Made by a program: the position numbers and the translations under genes. A DNA stretch of 55,750 nucleotides, the filler included, from Bipalium vagum (Eukaryota): NCBI GenBank assembly GCA_037834085.1. It is 3 parts of 3 records of this genome, joined end to end, with 100 filler letters (N's around TTAATTAATTAA, not from the genome) between each part and the next. Parts side by side here need not be neighbours in the genome. Positions count along the whole stretch, not along the records: positions 15,853 to 32,242 come from JBBMKC010113429.1; positions 32,343 to 55,750 come from JBBMKC010209153.1; 1 more part is not named here. The stretch is one strand, 5' to 3'. The notes below the pieces were generated by a model. That model made no database searches, was not told where the DNA came from, and worked only from the letters and a program-made list of their open reading frames with translations. This document shows, piece by piece, positions 30,219 through 42,000 of this stretch (its first letter is position 1; each line of letters begins with the position of its first letter).

Positions 30219-31504
30219 TCACCAGTCCTCGTCCAGTAGACCACTTTCAAAATAGCTTTTATACATGGACATGAATTTGGCAACAAACGCTTCCAAATGA
30301 AAAATTGGTTTTTGGCCCAAGTGCATTCGGGCTTCATAATCGGCCGCAAACTGAAAAATGGACAGCTTCAGTGGCAAATCACAAGCGATCGCTAGCTCGT
30401 TCACAAGTTTCTGAAAAAAGCGTCGGTATGTACCACGATTAAAAGAATGACTTTAAAACCAGGTTCCTACCTTTATTATGGCAGACGGAGGAATGCAATG
30501 TCCCAGGAGCTCATACAGACGTCCTCGAACTTCCAATAACATTTTTGGACTCTGTTCTTGGATTATCTTCTTTGCAGTCTCTTTGATAAAGGTGATCCAG
30601 TCAGGCAGCTCGATGTTTTGGTTTTCGGAAAATGGATATTGTTGTACGATGCATGCTTCTAGAGTCAGCAAAGCCAGACGAAGATTTTTCTCGGAAGACA
30701 GCGCAATTCTCTTTGCAAACTGTTTTGGTATCTGAAGACATTCCTTTTCACAAACCGATATAATAATCTTTTCGATTTCCTCATTACTTGGGGCAGGGAC
30801 TTTCAAAGGCAGAGTACGTGATCTTATTGCAGGAATAACCTTAAACGAAAGACAGAAAAAGTTTAATTATTATTTTTTCAATATAAATTTTCTCAAATTA
30901 CAAATAAATTAAAATATAAAAATTATATATATAAAATATATATTACTTTACTAGTTGATTCTGCGCATAAGATTAACCGACAAGATGTAATATATTTTTC
31001 CATAGTTCTGCGAAGAGCATGTTGAGCGTCTGTTGATAATCTATCGACTTCATGCATGACAATAACTTTAAAAGACTTTTGCTGACATGGATTTAATTGC
31101 TGAGTTGATGCAGCATCTTTAATTAGATCTTGGATCACAACTCGATCGTAAATACCAACATCACTAGGATTTACCTCAATATGATAATTGCTAACCACCA
31201 AACTTATGTCAATCTTTTTATTAGACGGTGTTACAAATTCTTGGTGTTCAAGTCGTAACTTTTCAACTCCAGATCCGTAAAGTTCTTGAAGAATGCATTG
31301 GATTCGAGTTTTTTTCCCCGCTCCTGATGGTCCATATATCAATAGATGTGGAAAGTCATTATTTGAAATCTTTATTGAATTAAAATAAATTTTTAACTGA
31401 ATTAATAATTAATTAACCAATTTTTTAATATTGTCAGCCTGGTCCTTTAGATAATCCAATTCATCTAAGGAAAGTGGCTTATATTTGTCCAGTAACAGAG
31501 TCAT
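30219..31504 (-). CDS. RFC3: Replication factor C subunit 3 (38-kDa clamp-loader subunit; yeast Rfc5 orthologue), 356 aa, 4 exons
   Basis: Exons 31504-31418, 31369-30947, 30839-30471, 30410-30219 (1071 nt, GT-AG). Motifs DKYKP, FPHLLIYGPSGAGKKTRI, EVDRLSTDAQHALRRTMEKY, IRSR, EVRGRLYELLGHCIPP, GQKPIFHLEAFVAKFM. Confidence 0.96.
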
Positions 31505-31771
31505 GCTATGTGAAATCTTTAAATTTTAAAAATTCAAAATTAATTATCTTACTTAATTATTTAAACAAAATACAATTCGAATAGATTAATGATTAATGGA
31601 AATTATGTAGAATCAAATTCAAAAAAATGTAATTATGATTATTATTCAAATAAGTAAAATATTAATAATAAAAATGGAATAATTTTTGAATTTTGGTTAA
31701 TTTTCAATGTAAATATTAATAAAATAATCAAATTAATGGAAATTTTTAAAATTAACAATATTTTAAAAAAT

Positions 31772-32242
31772 TGCTGGTTTAGCCAAGGACACATCCTTGA
31801 CAACCCTTGTAACCTATAGGGTAGAAACCACAATAGGGTTTAAATTGATAATTATCAATTAATTATTAGGACCTCAAGAGGGTCAGAAATAAATTAATAA
31901 TAATTATTATTATTAATTAATTAATTAAAAAGTACAAAAATTGGCAATTAATTACTTCTAAAAAGGATCTAATCTTGACAATGGCAATCCCAAATTGCCA
32001 AGATTAGATCAGGGTCCGCAAGGGAGACCGATTTAGTAATTAATTATGATTTTTAAGGGATCTGATCTTGACAATGGCGAACCTAAATTGCCAAGATTAG
32101 ATCAGAGTCCGAAAGGAGGGACTCATTTAGAATTATCGTTCTAAAAAGGAATTGACATTCCTAAATGATAAAGCTGATCTACGATTGATTGATCGTCTGA
32201 TCAGAATAGTATATAAGGAGTTGGAATCCGCAGTGGATTGCC
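31772..32242 (+). repeat. Hairpin-rich repeat-element end beginning TG, with a 93-nt tandem unit (2 copies plus a partial) and a TATATAAG box; probable LTR-like terminus cut by the gap
   Basis: GATCTAATCTTG at 31966 recurs as GATCTGATCTTG at 32059. The first ~37 nt match 9068-9102 in inverted orientation. TATATAAG lies at 32210. Confidence 0.55.
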
Positions 32243-32342
32243 NNNNNNNNNNNNNNNNNNNNNNNNNNNNNNNNNNNNNNNNNNNNTTAATTAATTAANN
32301 NNNNNNNNNNNNNNNNNNNNNNNNNNNNNNNNNNNNNNNNNN
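32243..32342. other. Assembly gap with artificial TTAATTAATTAA spacer
   Basis: 44 N + 12-mer + 44 N, identical to the gap at 15753. Confidence 0.97.
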
Positions 32343-33281
32343 ATTTAAATTAATTAATTGACGGAAATTTGTTTAAGTATTTTTATTTTTATTGGATTAA
32401 TAAAATTTTTGAAACTATGCGTGACTTCATTGAAATAGCTGCTAACAATTATTATTATTACTATTATTAAATTGAACATTTTTTATTCTTAATGGGTTTC
32501 CAAAAACCTTATTCAATGAGATCATTGACAATTAAGAAATTTATATAAGAAAAAATTAAATTTTATTATTCAGGAAAAAGTTCATTACAAAATCAGAGTT
32601 ATATACCAACAGAACTCTTCTGAAACATTTAATTATTTCCATCATTCATTCAACCGTTTCAAGTTAAATCATAAAGCATGTTTCTTTGTAAAAGTTAAGT
32701 AAAGAAGTAAAAATAAAAAACAAGATAAATAATCTCAAAAAATATGAGCACCCATCACAAACAATACTTCTTTCTTTTATTATCAAGAGAAACCATTAAA
32801 ACAACTGGTCAATTGTTCTTCTTAGTTATTTGGTTGTTCCTTTTCCTACTTTGTACTACGCAATTAAAATCCGTATCTGACAGACATTGAATATATAAAG
32901 TTGCATTTTTCGTATGTGACTGTGAGATCCTGGAGTTAACCATAAAAATGATTATTTATCCTCTAAGTAGAGATGTCTTTAGACAGATTATAGACAGTTT
33001 TTTATCATTTTTAATTATTCTTTACTCTCCACCATATTCTATGATTTCTCTCGTTCATTTTCTGCATGTCATTTTCCTCAGGCCAGCCTGACGAGGTTGT
33101 GGCGCAGTGTAAACAGTGAAGGTATCAGGAAAATAATGAAAGGAAATAATTTTTATTTCCATTCTTAAAAGATATGTGGCAACCTCATATATAATGCAGA
33201 GAATATAAATTTATTTTATAATAATATTATTAATAACAATTATCATCTTCATTTTAGCTTTTTTACATTCCCTATTTCAGA

Positions 33282-36200
33282 ATGAAGTTTTCTCCATGTT
33301 TCATGAAGAAAATCATGTTTCATACGGACCAAGCATCCAACAATTCAGATTCCCACATCAATTGTACGGATCCCATTGAATTATTTAATATGACTTTTAG
33401 CTCAAGTGGTAATTTCTCCTATACTCATGATGAATACCATTCCGTCTATCTGTATGTATATGTCATTTTTACCGGTCTCCTGTTGACCGTTGGACTGACC
33501 GGAAATTGTATTTGTCTTCATGTTGCAATGACCAGAAAGCTAATACGTCAAGCGTCGTCCCAATACTTTTTCGTATTTTCTTTGTGCGACATTTTAGTTC
33601 TGATATTTTACGTTTTACCGGAATGGCTCGAAAGAGGGGTTTATCCAATTTCTCACATCTCATTGTTCCGATTGAACGCCGTTCAAGGAATATGTCAATT
33701 ATTTTTGTTTTTATCATACTGGTTAAGATTTCTCTCTGTATGGATTTTAGTAATCTATTCCGTTGAAAGATATATCAGTAAGTTATTATTAATAGTTATA
33801 ATAGTTATTTTATTCATATTATTGCTATTACTATAAATTTTACGAGGGCGGTCACTAACTTCTGTGTATGACGAATTTGAAGCTCTGATAATAAAATTCT
33901 CGAATATAAAATAGACTCAGATATTTAATTATTAATATTTAATGTTTTGTTTAAATGTATCAATTCGCATATTGGCGGTGATTATTTTGAAATCCCATTA
34001 AACAGAAAAAATGTATTTAAGCAAAGAAATTTCTCGGGAAAGTCTTCTGCAATTATTGAACAGAGCCATATCTGAATAACAATATCGATCAATTTATATT
34101 TTTGGGATGAAGCACAGTATCAGTCAACAATTTCCCGCTTGTAGGGAAAATACAAAATTTTCAACTCTAATCTCACACATGACCCAAGACATGGTACACC
34201 AAGAACAACAAAATATTGATACTGTGCGTCAGCTGATCAAGGAAGATCGATATGTGACATATTGTGAACTGGAGTCTTACTTAAGCATTTCAAAAGAAAT
34301 TAGTTTCTCCTTGGATCCCACATCCGGATAAAGAAATAATTTTCTTTTATCGGTGTGGATTAGGCAAGGGATATATGTAACATTAAAATATTGAAATTAG
34401 AATTTTTAACTTTTAAAGAGTTAGTTTTAAAATATGAAAAAAATTAAGTTTATAAATTTATAAAAATTCAAAATTTAAGATATTTTATAATTAATAATAA
34501 TTAATTTTATTAAATATTAGGTTTATGAAGGGCATATATAAAATTCTTAAATAATAATTTATTGAATTAAAAAAATTATTTTTTATTGAAGTTAGTGTGA
34601 ATTCGACAGACTTAAAAAATAATAATAACTTAGTAAAATAATCACTCATTATTAATAATAATAATAATATTTTTTAAAATTTATTTATTTTATTATTATT
34701 AATATTATTTTTACTAAAATAGTAATTAAGATGGAAAATAATTATAAAACACATTTAACAAGATATTTTAGATATCTAGGTAGCAGTTATTTAAGATTTT
34801 CAAAGGATTTTGAAATCTTTTGTGATTGTCATTATTTGAGACAGATAAGCTGTAACTGTGCGCGTATGATTCCACCATTGATTTTTATTCTTTTAAAATT
34901 TCCTTTTTGAAAATTCCTTGAAAACCAATAGTCTGCCTTGTAATCGATTTTATAATTTTTACATTAGTAAAACAAAATGAATGGTCTTTTATCTTCAATC
35001 ATTATTTGTCTACCGTTACAGTAAAATGTACTAATCAATGAATATTTTATAATTTCATTTTTATACGTATATATCGTATATCTATAAATAAAACTAACTT
35101 TAAAATATTTTAAAAAATGGTTACTTTGCTTTTAATGGAAGTCGTTAATGTTTCTATTATTATGTTCTATTATGATGAATAAAACAGTTTTTGTGCATAT
35201 ATTCAGGCACTCCTCATTATCAATTCTCTTAAACAATTAGAAATAATAATATTATTAATATTATGAAATATATATTTATACTCTATAATTTTCTGAAATT
35301 CGTGTTGTCATGGTAATTTGTCGATTTCGAATGTTTTCTCTAATTTTAAAATCACCTGTGATAATAATAGTACATTTTCCTTAAAGTTATATTAAAGTTG
35401 CTACATACTCCTTTCAAAACAAGACTGACAATCATTTTCTTTACAGAAGTATGATTGGTTCATCTTTTTATTGGTGTTGCTTACTTTCAGGGTTGCAAGA
35501 ATAAATTAAAATTTGATCACTTCTTAACGACCTCTGTTAAATTTCTGAAGCACTTTTTAGTATCATTTAACACAAAAATTCTTTTTAGAACATGTCAAAT
35601 GGTGGTGTGCCCAACGAATAAAAAGATTCCATGCCTTCCCAGGCAAAAGTTTACAATTGCTTTGATGTCAATAACAAAGGATGTCAAAATTTCATGGTAT
35701 CTGATATGTCGATCTCTTTCAATCATCTGAAGTACATCATCAATATTAAGCACTTAAACTGAAGTTGAAAAAAGACCCTCGTGGAATTTCTTTTCCAGAC
35801 TAGTGCAACAAGGCTCGAATTCTACCAATTATTTTTAAAAGAAGGTCTTTTAAGATACTTAATTTTGAAAGGCTAAATTAGGTCAGCCTAGACATTGCTT
35901 CAGTGTAAGATCACATTTAAAGTCATAATAACTAATCATCGTAAGTTTAGTCACAGTTATTAGAAAAATAGTTATCAAAAGGTTTACAAGAGTGGTTTGA
36001 TCATTTGTCATGAATTTTGTAAATGAACATTTTTGTGAAAGAATAAAATTAAAAGTTTTTTTGTGTTTGAATTATAATTTTTTATAATGATGGTTTGTCA
36101 ATCATTTAAATCTGAACCCAAGCGATCCCGTTATCTAATAGATAACCGAAAGGACTCCATAGATTCCTGAGGGGTTCCAAATTCAACTAAAAAGTAATTT

Positions 36201-39200
36201 GACTAATTCTCTCGATATTGGTAATTTAATGTTAATTATTAATAAATTCTTGTGAAAATTAACACTATTTATTGTTCATTATAATTTTTTTTATTTTGGA
36301 TATTTTGCGAAGTGATTAGAAAAGCAGCAGGTTGTACTTCAATAATATTATTGTTTGATAATTACTGTTTTTTAGTAAGCATTTTATAATTTTTGTAAGT
36401 TTAAATAAAGATTTTAGACTTAAGTGCTATTGATTTATACAAGGTGTTGCTCATGAACACTATTAATAAAGATATTAGAGTCAGGTATTTATTGGGCTTG
36501 GTCGACGACTAAATACAAACTATCGAGAATGGGAATCATTAACTAATATTCATTTTCATAGCTGTTCTGAAATAAGTTTTATGTTTTGAGAATCCATTCG
36601 GCTTTTTTAAACTAATTATTAGCAAAATGATTAAGATTGCTAATTTAATAATTTTCTTTCCATTTTAATTTTTATATTCTCCTCCTAAGGTCCTAGGTCG
36701 GACAAAGACTGGCCTGTTAATTTATTAAAATGAGATTTCGCTATTTTCTAATTAATTTCTCCCTGTTTTCTCCTCACCAACTTCATAATTTGGTTGATTT
36801 ACAGACAAATTAACTTTCTCTTCTCTGATGGATTCTACATATGCGATTATGGGCTTTATTTATGTTTTAATTATTTTGCATAATTATTATTTTCTTTTCT
36901 TTCTTTTCTTTATGATTACTGAAAAAAGGATTTTAGTTTGAAAAGATATAATAACAGATTACTGATTATATATCTGCTTATTCTCCATTTTAATATCGTA
37001 AAAATATTTTCAAAGAATATTATGATTTCTTATATTTGGTTTTACAATTGCTTTCACTAACTTCATAAGCATAGAAAGGTGAAACGAAAACACCCAGGTG
37101 GTTCTTTATCCTTGCCTCACAAATGAAGTTTGTAGTAAAGGTTTTGTGATTATAAATCAATAATCATATATAATCAATAATCAATAATAATTATAAAATC
37201 ACAATAATTTATCAAATGAAATTAATCTTACTCATACAAAAGTTTGTCAATAAAGATTTATTATTTAAATTATAGATTTTATTTTTAGGTTGAAGGAAAA
37301 GTATTGTCACATTTTATATCACAAATCAGAACTCAATAAATCATCGAGAAATTTTCTTATGCATTGAAACAATCATAATAAAACACTTTTAAAAAATTTC
37401 CGATCACGGGATTCGACAAAAAAAGAAAACGAATGTTTGAACATTATCTTCATTTTTGAATTTCTTATTTCGTAACAAATTGTCAAGTGATAAGAATAGA
37501 CAATAATAAGTGACAAATATTGTGTAAAGCCTCTGATGAATTTCTTTTCAATTTAAATTCATAAAATAGATAAAATAAAAAGTTCAAATTTTGAAACGTT
37601 GTCATTCTCTTTTATACTGTTTTATATACATAATTCAAACAAACCTAAAATAAACTTATTTCAACAAAGGAATACTTATCTTAATATTTTAAATCAATAA
37701 TTATAAAAATATTAATCGAAATCATATTATACTTTTGCTTTAAACTTTGTATATAATGAAAGCATAATACTTTTTCCTCAACCTAATATTATTTCAATCA
37801 GAGATCATTACTCCTCAATAAGTTTTTTATTTCTTCAAAAAGAATACTGCACCATTTCATAAGAGTTATCGACCGTATCAGAAACTATGTTAAATATACC
37901 ATGTACATTATAGGAAGCTTCTTACATTATCTGTCTGGTCTGAGTGTTTCCTTTTAGCATTAATAACGTAAAAAACTTCTCATGATAAGCTGATATTTTC
38001 TTTTTATCTTTGACTTTAAAGGAAAACGTAATTTAGACTTCTCAATTTAATATTTAGTGTCATATTAAAGAGAATGGGGGGAGGTTTATGAAAACCTAAT
38101 AAAAAAGGACATTTTATAATGATTGTACAAAATTTTTAGCCGACTGATCTCAATTTATTTAATTCCGTAAAATAAAACAAAACCAAATTATTTTTCAAAA
38201 ACAAAATATTATTGAAATATAAATGGCTAGTGTGACATGAAACTGAATTCCATAAAGCAAAAATGGTATAGATTTGAACATTTTAATCATTAGATGACAT
38301 ATAGGTGGTGTGGGTTACTCTACAAGTTGAATAAGTGCCTATTTAGACATTGACTGCAATTACACTTAACAGAAAATTTTTCTTAAATGAGTAATTTTAA
38401 ATTAAAGGTAATCACTATCATTATATATACGTAAAAATTTATTTTTGCTTTACAATGTTAAAGATTTTGCGTTTATTCAAATGATTTCTCAAAAATGCAT
38501 ATCAGGTATTGTTTATTATTTACCTTCCAATTGAAGAAAACGGCATATCAGGCTAGAGATGTGGCTATTTCTGCTTTCTCCGTATTAACAGTCCAACTTT
38601 ACTTAAATATCTTAACTGGGCTATGAACTTTTTTCTGTTGGACATCTTTTAGAGTGCCTGTTCATCTGTACAATAATTATTAATAATAACGCTTTATTAA
38701 TTTTTTAATAAATATTTTTAAAAAAATAATCAAGGACCAAAGAATTTTTTTCAATTCATCAATTTTCGTTTTCCAAGTAATTAATCTTTTTATAAGCGTT
38801 GGTGTTATTTTTGGGAAAGTGCGTGGAATTACATCAAAGAGAAATTTTACCATTTAAATTTTATTAATAATATTATTATTTTACTGCCAGAGGGAGAAAG
38901 AGTTTTTGTGGAAAATTGTTAAGAGCAATCAAAATTGATTTATTTTCATAACCCTAAACGAAAGAAATCATGACATAGTTCAGCACAAGAATCAACGTTC
39001 ACCGCAAAGCGCAATGCTATAAATAAATAAACTTATACTTTGTATTTGGTTGGATATGAAAGTTGTCGCGTACTACAACTTTTGAAATCAAAATAAACAG
39101 TTAGTTGAACGATATCAGCATCATCTAAAAAGATTAAGTGACGAGTTTTTAGAAACAAGACTTGCAATAGCCAGCAATCGACAGTCTTTTTTTATGACAA

Positions 39201-40362
39201 GGTGAGACATCATAATGCGAGACTTTCATAAATCGTCAAGCAAACACTGTTAGACCTCCAATAAGAAATCCTTTTGCACCCAGAAAACTCTCCATGCATA
39301 TCTCCAATAGATAATCGATTATTCATGTCAATGACACATTTCTTGAAGATATGCAAATCAATTCGTACTAAGATGTCCATTTGAATTAATACAGAAGAAA
39401 TATCATTTTGTCACGGCGGGATACCCATTTGCTAGATGTATTGTAGAAATTCATTTTAACTGTGGAAAAATTGAATATATTTGTTTAACTTTGATTGATG
39501 AATCTTTAAAATGGATCCTTATATACGTTGTTATTATAATTATAATATAATTAAAATGTATTGTCTTAAATTAAAATTTTTACTTTTAGATCTCCACAAT
39601 CCTCTAGCGAGGAAACGATTTTGTCACAGATTTAGCAATGCAAAACTTCTGGTTTGCATGGGTCTGGTTTCAATTCTACTGACATTATGGAAAACGATGA
39701 GCAGTGGGTTATTGGCAAGCGGGAAAAACGATATACTAATATGTACTAGTCAGAGCGAAAAAGAAATGAACAATCTAATCTACGACATCATTTATGCTGC
39801 TTTCATAAGCGTAGTCCCTTCGTTTCTTATTCTTATATTTAATGTTTTGATTGCAAGACATCTTTTCATTATACGAGCTAAAGACAATTCATGCTTAAGT
39901 CACCAGGAATTGGTTGGGTTTCAGTTTGCCGGCTTACTGGTTCTTATATCATTCTGTTTTTTAATATTAACATGGCCCTATTATTTTTGCTGGATCCATG
40001 ATTGGTGGGTCCATCAAAATCTGATAAACGGATTTCTTCCCGAATCAATCAATTCTTCACACTCCCTTGACAAACAGCTGAAAGATTGGCAATTTTCCAG
40101 TCAAAGCAAATTAATTGCCCGAATGTTATTTTATTCTCATTTTATTATCAATTTCTTTCTCTATACTTTTACCAGTCGATATTTCCGGGCGGAAATGAAA
40201 AGATTGTTCACCTTACGATCTTTAAGAAGACGTGCTCGTCAATTTTATACTGATGATATATTTATGGAGCAAGAACTGATCATTGACAAAGAGAAGATCA
40301 AGCAAGAAAAGAGACATAGTTTCAATTTTGTGAAGGAGCACCTTTCTCTGAACACAATTTAG
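33282..40362 (+). CDS. Rhodopsin-family (class A) GPCR of the invertebrate peptide-receptor type (FMRFamide/myosuppressin-receptor-like), ~422 aa, 2 coding exons
   Basis: Exon 33282-33777 (TM1 GLTGN, TM2 SLCDILVL, TM3 SVWILVIYSVERY), a GTAAGT...TTTTAG phase-1 intron 33778-39589, then exon 39590-40362 (N-LHNPL, TM5 VVPSFLILIFN, TM6 FLILTWPY, TM7 HFIINFFLY, helix 8 YFRAEM). N-glycosylation sequons occur in the N-terminus. Confidence 0.88.
33841..34330 (+). mobile_element. 5' part of a decayed mariner element in the GPCR intron
   Basis: Begins TACGAGGGCGGTC (a common mariner terminus). ORF 34107..34331 has NIDTVRQLIKEDRYVTYCELESYLSIS, matching the second mariner HTH. Confidence 0.7.
35200..36060 (-). 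mobile_element. Possible pogo-like (DDE_1) relic in the GPCR intron
   Basis: Weak minus-strand remnants resembling YDxFxxHLT and IDDVLQMI...AW. No ORF. Confidence 0.3.
38790..39490 (+). mobile_element. 3' part of a decayed mariner element in the GPCR intron
   Basis: Remnants HNARLS (HDNARPH-like, ~39210) and EILLHPENSPCISPIDNRLF (~39265-39325). Confidence 0.6.
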
Positions 40363-41099
40363 CTATTCTTCTTACAATGAATTTAATTTTTATTAGAATT
40401 ATTCAAAACAGCTCTGTATTTCTTTTATTCTCTCTAATCCTTGATATATAATTAATATAATTAATATTACTATAAATATAAAAAACCATTTGTACATTAT
40501 AGATGTATTAAAATGTTTTCCTTTATCTTTTATTTGAATTTATTAATAATAATTTTAATATTTTTGAATATCACTAAAGTAATCAAAATTTTAAGGCCCC
40601 TCTCAATTTTTTAAATCTACGTCTGAAGATAACTCTTAAATACGATAAAAAATAGAATTTAGATTCATTGTGATTATTTTTTGTTTTAATGTATTGAAAA
40701 AAATATTTATTTTGACGCAAACATGTAAAACATAGACTAATCCCATTTTCTTTAAAAAATATAAAACCAATATATTTTCAATTTTATAAATAATTTTTAT
40801 ATTTTGTAATTAATCTTTCCTAAACAGATTTGATTCAATGTATTATATTATATATTATATATCATGATTTTACTAATTAGTTTTTATTAACAACAAATTA
40901 TAATCTTACATTACTTTATTTTCATTTGAATCAGCAATAGAGTCTATCAGAGGTCTTTCCCATAATGGTATCTAATATCTTAGTTTAAATATTTCAAATG
41001 GATAATTAATAAATTAACTTGAATAAATCAATTTAAAGGTTTTTATCACAGAAATTAATTTCATATATAAATGAAGGTTTTATTTTTAGTTGGTATTTT

Positions 41100-42000
41100 T
41101 TCTATATTGAGTGACGAAAAAATAACAATTCAAATCATTTTAAGATACCTGTGCAAAAATATCTCATTACTGAAACTGCAGTTGAAGAAATAGGTTCAGT
41201 AGATAATAATGAAGGGATTGATAGACACAGGATTTTATTGATTTAAAAGCTTCAACAATAGAGATATGTCAATATTAAATAGATTATTCTTGCTGGATGA
41301 CAAGGTATTACAGGCAATAGAGTTAAATGATCCACATAAAAGCAAGAGAAGTTTATCAGAAGCACTTGGCCAATTCGAAGATACTATGAATATACACTTA
41401 CAGAACCTTGGATTTTTCAGGAAGGTACCAAAAGAAGACCTACATGAAATTAATAATTTCAAAAACTGATCACATATTATTTATTTGCAAACATTCACTA
41501 GAATATCCTCTTATGCATTGTTTCGGAAACAGATCATAAATGGAGATAAGAATTTGATAGTCTTCTACAATTATATAAAAAAATTGAGTGGGTTCTCTTT
41601 TGGCAATAAGCTGTTGTGAGTTCTAAGGGTTGTGTCAGGCATATGGTGGAATTTGGAGGGAATTATCCACTTTGAACTGGTTCATGAGGGTGTCTCAGTA
41701 AATAATGAGTTGTACGCAGATCAGTGTTTAAAAATTTTTAAAGACACGTTATACAAATTTAACATACAGAAAATGTCCTTTGTTGCAACATGTTAATGCT
41801 GATGCACATCGAGCTCATTTGACAACAGTTCAAATTCAGAATATGAATGGTGTGCAATTAATTCCATATCCACCGTACAGTCAGGACGCAGCGTCTTCAG
41901 ACTATGGGTTATTTCGCTCTATGGGTGAATTTTGTTTAATGGATCGGTGATTTGAAAAAATTAAAGAAGTCGAACAGGCGATTTATTAATTTTTGGGTCG
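41100..42000 (+). mobile_element. Decayed mariner element, truncated at ~42000
   Basis: ORF 41266..41469 is HTH-like. Downstream remnants NGDKN, WWNLEGIIHFEL, QHVNADAH and HPPYSQDAASSDYGLF-type (reads YPPYSQDAASSDYGLF). Confidence 0.75.

Noticed and set aside
32095-32125. Hammerhead ribozyme, suggested by GAGTCCGAAAGGA matching the textbook stem II
   Set aside because: The CUGANGA core is absent (the sequence reads TAGATCAGA) and no GAAA-N / NUH core follows the stem.
31946-32150. CRISPR array
   Set aside because: Eukaryotic context, only two units, the 'spacers' are themselves homologous, and there are no cas genes.
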